From IMG/VR virus record IMGVR_UViG_3300005573_000236, positions 1 to 28,918 of that record: a stretch of 28,918 nt of DNA; one strand, 5' to 3'. Shown here in pieces: positions 24,852-28,918 of this stretch. The first letter of the stretch is position 1. Every line of letters begins with the position of its first letter. The position numbers and the translations under genes were made by a program. The notes under the pieces were generated by a model that saw only the letters and a program-made list of their open reading frames with translations, was not told where the DNA came from and did no database searches. This DNA is from a virus (Duplodnaviria; Caudoviricetes).

Positions 24852-26612
24852 TTACACATCCAAGTAATACTTCTTCCGAATCCCTCCAAAAACCTGAAAA
24901 TACCCATTGATTTTCATGTTCATTTTCTCTGTCAGATTCTCATCGAAAAATGAACAATACTGTTGAATATACTTCCTTTGGAAGTTTCGTCGATGGTATA
25001 TTCCCGTTCCGTTGACATAGTAATACCGTGGGATTGGTTCCATCCCAGAGTAAACGAATCCCACCTTTTCATAGGACAGCCCAGTGGCATAACGGGTATC
25101 AACGAAGGAGCAGATGGATCGTCCTTCCGAATGACCAGTTCTCAGAAATGCTTGGACCAGTTTACCAAACCCTCCGGTTACGTGTTTTGAAAAGGACAGC
25201 CGAGTCAATTCACACTCATCCTCTCGATTTTGCCAAGCACTCAAAGCAACCAGTTCTCTACTGGAATCCGTCAATCCCAGATAGAGACTGCCCCGGCCAA
25301 ATCCTTGAAGATGGGTCATGTCAAAGAATTCCTTGGCAATCTCTGGAGATACTTCCGCAACTTCTGTTTTTCTGGCGAAGACAGAATCCACCTGACCGTT
25401 CTTGACCTCCATCATCTTTTGGATGATCTCTTTCTTCTCCCACCACTCCCAGTCAAAGAAAAAGAAAGTTTCTGGATTTTCCTTTTTCAGATTAGGGATC
25501 AACCAGACATTCTGATCCAGATTCCGGTCTGAAACGACAAAAGTAGAAAGAACCCGACAGTTATCCGGGATGTCAGGATCATCAATGAAATAGTTATCCA
25601 ATGTAATCTTTTGATCCGGCATCCATTCCTTGGAAAACAGACGGGAACGTTTTTGCGAATTACACCGAACACACGTCAGAACAAGATTGCCCGGAGTATG
25701 AAATCCCTTATTAACCAGCGGGATGATATGGTCTAGATGGTATTTAGTCAGCAAAGCGTTGCAATAGAAACAACGATTCTGTTGCCACCGCATCAATGTC
25801 TCTTTGTGGACAATCTCATCAAACTTTTCAACAGTTACACCTTTACGCAGCGCCCTTCTCCTCCGGGCATACATAGCAGGCTTTTCTGGATGGGTTCGGG
25901 CATAATTTCTTCGTCTTTGAACCAGTTTTTCTTTCTGTTCCGGCGTCATGTTCAGGCGCCTGTCCCGCAGGTATCGGGAATACTCCACCTGATCCGGAAA
26001 CTTTGCTCTCAAACGAGACTTCACCTTTTCCCTGTATTCCGGGTCAGTGGAATAGCGTTCTCTCCGACGCTGATTGTTTTGTTGCAGTTCCTTCTGACGG
26101 ATTTCCGGATCTTTTGTTGCACGCCGCTCTGTCTGATACTGACGGAAACAATCTTTGCAATAGGCTGTCCGATACCCGCTCGGAAGAACATATTCCGACC
26201 ACGGAAACTCTTGTCTGCATCGGGAACAGGATCTTGCAGCAGAAGGATCTTCGGCACGTTCCAGATTTTTCTGTCTCTGCTTTTCCTTGTTTCTGTAGTA
26301 GGTTTTCCGTCCTATCGTTTTAACAATCTCATGCTTTCGTTCCTGTCCTTTTTCCGTGCAGGCCCTGCAATACTTCACCTGGGATTCAAATTCGGCAATC
26401 GGCTTAAGATTCTTGCAGATGATGCACTGTCTCATCCCGATCAGCAGATCCTCTTTTTTCTGATGGGTCTGCTTTAAAACGAGGGGAGAGGCGGACGTTT
26501 CACAATCCTTGCAGGCTTTGTGTTTGGGAGCGAATGCGTAGATCTGAAGGGTTTGCTGGCAAACGGCACAGGTACGGTAGCGATAGCGACTGTCCACTAA
26601 TCTTAGCTCCAT
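24852..26612 (-). CDS. HNH endonuclease with zinc fingers and a Hef/Mom-like C-terminal domain
   Basis: three N-terminal CxxC...CxxC modules; CFYC...HLDHIIPLVNKGFHTPGNLVLTCVRCNSQK; C-terminal FARKT...FFDMTHLQG...ELTRL...GGFGKL...SFVDTRY..G..YEKVGF. Confidence 0.85.
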   Translation of the reverse strand: MELRLVDSRYRYRTCAVCQQTLQIYAFAPKHKACKDCETSASPLVLKQTHQKKEDLLIGMRQCIICKNLKPIAEFESQVKYCRACTEKGQERKHEIVKTIGRKTYYRNKEKQRQKNLERAEDPSAARSCSRCRQEFPWSEYVLPSGYRTAYCKDCFRQYQTERRATKDPEIRQKELQQNNQRRRERYSTDPEYREKVKSRLRAKFPDQVEYSRYLRDRRLNMTPEQKEKLVQRRRNYARTHPEKPAMYARRRRALRKGVTVEKFDEIVHKETLMRWQQNRCFYCNALLTKYHLDHIIPLVNKGFHTPGNLVLTCVRCNSQKRSRLFSKEWMPDQKITLDNYFIDDPDIPDNCRVLSTFVVSDRNLDQNVWLIPNLKKENPETFFFFDWEWWEKKEIIQKMMEVKNGQVDSVFARKTEVAEVSPEIAKEFFDMTHLQGFGRGSLYLGLTDSSRELVALSAWQNREDECELTRLSFSKHVTGGFGKLVQAFLRTGHSEGRSICSFVDTRYATGLSYEKVGFVYSGMEPIPRYYYVNGTGIYHRRNFQRKYIQQYCSFFDENLTEKMNMKINGYFQVFGGIRKKYYLDV

Positions 26613-26653
26613 CGTCCTAATTATCGACTTTTCACGCTATTTGATACGAATCA

Positions 26654-26682
26654 AATATACACCCAGAAAATTTAAAAGTCAA
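26654..26682 (-). promoter_or_regulatory. sigma70-like promoter for the HNH gene
   Basis: TTGACT-17 nt-TATATT on the - strand. Confidence 0.65.
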
Positions 26683-26757
26683 CCTCTTTTTCATCAAATT
26701 CCGTCTTCCTCTCTATAATAATAGTGATAGAGTTTACCCATCACTACCGGAGATCCC

Positions 26758-27024
26758 ATGCCTCCTGATCCCTTTTTTGATTCCCGTCAGAGAGCCAAAA
26801 AACAGAGGAAGATGAAGATGGCCAAGGACACGCCGACCATGATCAAGCCTTTTGAGAACAATGCCCAGAGACGGGCCTGCTATGCTCAGGCGGAACGGGA
26901 CCGGAAACGGGGAAAGCGTCCCAAATGGGACTGTGCAGAGTTCGAGGGAAAAGCCCTTACCCTTCTGGATGAAGATATGATAAGATTGGATGGTATCATC
27001 AAGGCATTCAATCATCCCATCTGA
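26758..27024 (+). CDS. small hypothetical protein
   Basis: GGAG before the ATG; downstream of a TATAAT motif; start could be a later Met. Confidence 0.55.
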   Translation: MPPDPFFDSRQRAKKQRKMKMAKDTPTMIKPFENNAQRRACYAQAERDRKRGKRPKWDCAEFEGKALTLLDEDMIRLDGIIKAFNHPI

Positions 27025-27040
27025 ATCCAAAGGAGACCTC

Positions 27041-27493
27041 ATGAAGTTTTTGGCAAAGATCGATCCCCGTACCCAAGTACATGCGTTGTGGAGATTGCAG
27101 GACCGGAAGAAAGCCCTTTTGTATTCCATCCTGTTTGAACTGAATCCCGCAACAAAAGAGTACGAGGCCAAGGAACTGAACAACATGCAGATCAAGATTG
27201 CCCGTCAGTATCCGGCCATTATCAGACTGGAAACCATTTCAGGAGATCATTGGGAAGGTCCGGTCCCTCTCAATCCCAAAGAGAGCATCTACGACACCTA
27301 TAAAAATCCCTTGGCAGACAGGGTTGAAAAGATGGACGGAACGGGGAAATTCAAACCTGTGGGCGGGACCGTTCCGTCTGAATCGGAAACCGTGAGTGCG
27401 ACAATCCCATCGGAACCCGAAAATACGGCGGATCTTGCCGCCAATGGGCCTGTCATGAAAACACCCGCACGTCGGGGCAGGAGAGGAAGGTAA
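27041..27493 (+). CDS. hypothetical structural-region protein
   Basis: AAGGAG RBS before in-frame ATG 27041; basic C-terminus RRGRRGR. Confidence 0.7.
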   Translation: MKFLAKIDPRTQVHALWRLQDRKKALLYSILFELNPATKEYEAKELNNMQIKIARQYPAIIRLETISGDHWEGPVPLNPKESIYDTYKNPLADRVEKMDGTGKFKPVGGTVPSESETVSATIPSEPENTADLAANGPVMKTPARRGRRGR

Positions 27494-27496
27494 TCT

Positions 27497-28534
27497 ATGT
27501 CCGGAGGGACGTTGGGAGGGGCGGCAGGCGGTTCTTACTACCCCCAGTCAGGATATCCCTATCAGGGCGATTACATTCAGCCTTTTACACCGACCAAGGC
27601 GTTATGGACATGGGACACATCAAGCAATACCAAACCGTTTGTCATCAACTATCCCAATGGGACTCCGACAAAGACGGGACTCCTTCCCAATGATCTGAAA
27701 ACCTATGCGGGAGTCCCGTTCAAGCAACTCACTCCGGATAATCCCGTCGATCTGACGAATACCACTCTTCTTCGATGGATTCGGTGGGCGGAGGACTGGG
27801 TTGAACAGAACACCAACGTCCTTCTGTGTCCGACATGGGTGGCGGCCCCTCCCGTCCGTCCTCCCGCCATGGCATCGCAGGTGGGTATCATTCCGGAAGG
27901 TTCCGGGAGCCAGTTGCAGGTTTTGGGACAGGATTACGATCTCTACGACGCTGGCTATGACTTCATGTTTGAAAGGGCGCAGGATGAGGGCTGGCTGTAC
28001 CAGCAGCTTCGTTATACGCCGATCCGGACCCAGACAATCGACGGTCCCGGAAACGCCCTTCAGAACTATGCCATGATTTATCCCCTCCTGAACGAGTATT
28101 TCCGTATTCCGGTGACCTGGTTTGTCGAAGACCATGATTGCGCCCTGATTCGTATTGTTCCCGCCGCCAACGTCCAGATGCTTCCCCTGTTTGCTATGGA
28201 AATCGCCTTTATGGGATTTGCCGAGTCCATTCCGATGGGTATCTGGCTTCAATACGTGGCGGGCTTGGCGGAATGGGACTACCAGACCCGGTTCTCGTTC
28301 ATGAAGGAACTGGTCCTGACGCAGGCGACCATTACCGCTTTGCAATCCCTGCAAGGGTCCATCAACGTCGGTATCAAGGAAATCTATACGGAAGTGGATG
28401 GGATGAGAACCATCCAGAGATATGACGACAAAGGCCCTTATATGGGACTGATCACACAGTTTACCAAACGGCGGGACGAATATCTGAAGATGGTCCGTCA
28501 GATCGTTGGCGGTCCCCAGATCATCAATTTCTAG
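27497..28534 (+). CDS. putative head completion/neck (adaptor) protein
   Basis: position after the capsid gene; WIRWAEDWVEQNTNVLL, YVAGL, EVDGM patterns resemble SPO1/Twort-like adaptors. Confidence 0.6.
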   Translation: MSGGTLGGAAGGSYYPQSGYPYQGDYIQPFTPTKALWTWDTSSNTKPFVINYPNGTPTKTGLLPNDLKTYAGVPFKQLTPDNPVDLTNTTLLRWIRWAEDWVEQNTNVLLCPTWVAAPPVRPPAMASQVGIIPEGSGSQLQVLGQDYDLYDAGYDFMFERAQDEGWLYQQLRYTPIRTQTIDGPGNALQNYAMIYPLLNEYFRIPVTWFVEDHDCALIRIVPAANVQMLPLFAMEIAFMGFAESIPMGIWLQYVAGLAEWDYQTRFSFMKELVLTQATITALQSLQGSINVGIKEIYTEVDGMRTIQRYDDKGPYMGLITQFTKRRDEYLKMVRQIVGGPQIINF

Positions 28535-28554
28535 CATTTCTATTGGGGTGGCAC

Positions 28555-28918
28555 TTGGCAAGCAACAATTACGTTCCCCCTCCGGCTCCTGTAATCAAGG
28601 GTCCGTTTACATCCCACGTTCCGACCTTCCCGAGTCTCGATCCATACGGGATGAGCGTGGCATCCATGAATCAGTTGCTGACGAAGTATGGAGTTCGTTT
28701 GCAATGGATGCAGAGTCATGGGTGTCCCTGTGTCTATGGAAGCAACACGCCGGGGTCTCCCGATCCGTCCTGCAACTCCTGTAACGGAAAGGGTGTCATC
28801 TGGGATCAGCCGTCCACGGTCTTTACAGCCCTCCTGTCCTATTCCCACATGATTCCATCTTCTCATGAGCCGGGAATGCGCGAAGTTTCGGATGCAGGTC
28901 AGATTTTCTTCGCCAATC
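28555..28918 (+). CDS. putative neck/head-closure protein, truncated by the window end (not in ORF track)
   Basis: TTG start after GGGGTGG; YGVRLQWMQSHGCPC...PDPSCNSCNGKG matches the CPC..CxxCxGxG pattern of SPO1/Twort-like neck proteins. Confidence 0.7.
   Translation, partial: MASNNYVPPPAPVIKGPFTSHVPTFPSLDPYGMSVASMNQLLTKYGVRLQWMQSHGCPCVYGSNTPGSPDPSCNSCNGKGVIWDQPSTVFTALLSYSHMIPSSHEPGMREVSDAGQIFFAN

Noticed and set aside
1-28918. Host assignment (the TCCGGA/GATC-rich style suggested Leptospirillum-like hosts)
   Set aside because: Only an impression from composition; it needs k-mer, CRISPR-spacer or homology evidence

Overview
This window is part of a tailed-phage genome whose head module resembles that of SPO1/Twort-like myoviruses. 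Left to right: small + strand early-type genes (pentapeptide-repeat protein, beta-clamp-like protein); a ~1.3 kb repeat-rich non-coding region containing three tandem sigma54-like sites; a - strand block with four tandem paralogs; a TIGR-Tas-like locus; a lytic transglycosylase; a terminase large subunit divergent from the portal; a ~1330 aa multi-domain glycosyltransferase inside the head operon; prohead protease, acidic scaffold-like protein and major capsid protein; an inverted HNH/Hef-like endonuclease; and neck genes. The standout is the locus at 7668-10337. It holds a Nop/IS110-like protein with no recognisable nuclease domain (TasA-like), followed immediately by about 49 units of a 36-nt dual-repeat, dual-spacer array (AGTCA-N9-AGAAACCCA-N9-AGCG on the - strand) and closed by a terminator. 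All calls come from reading motifs by eye; no database searches were run.
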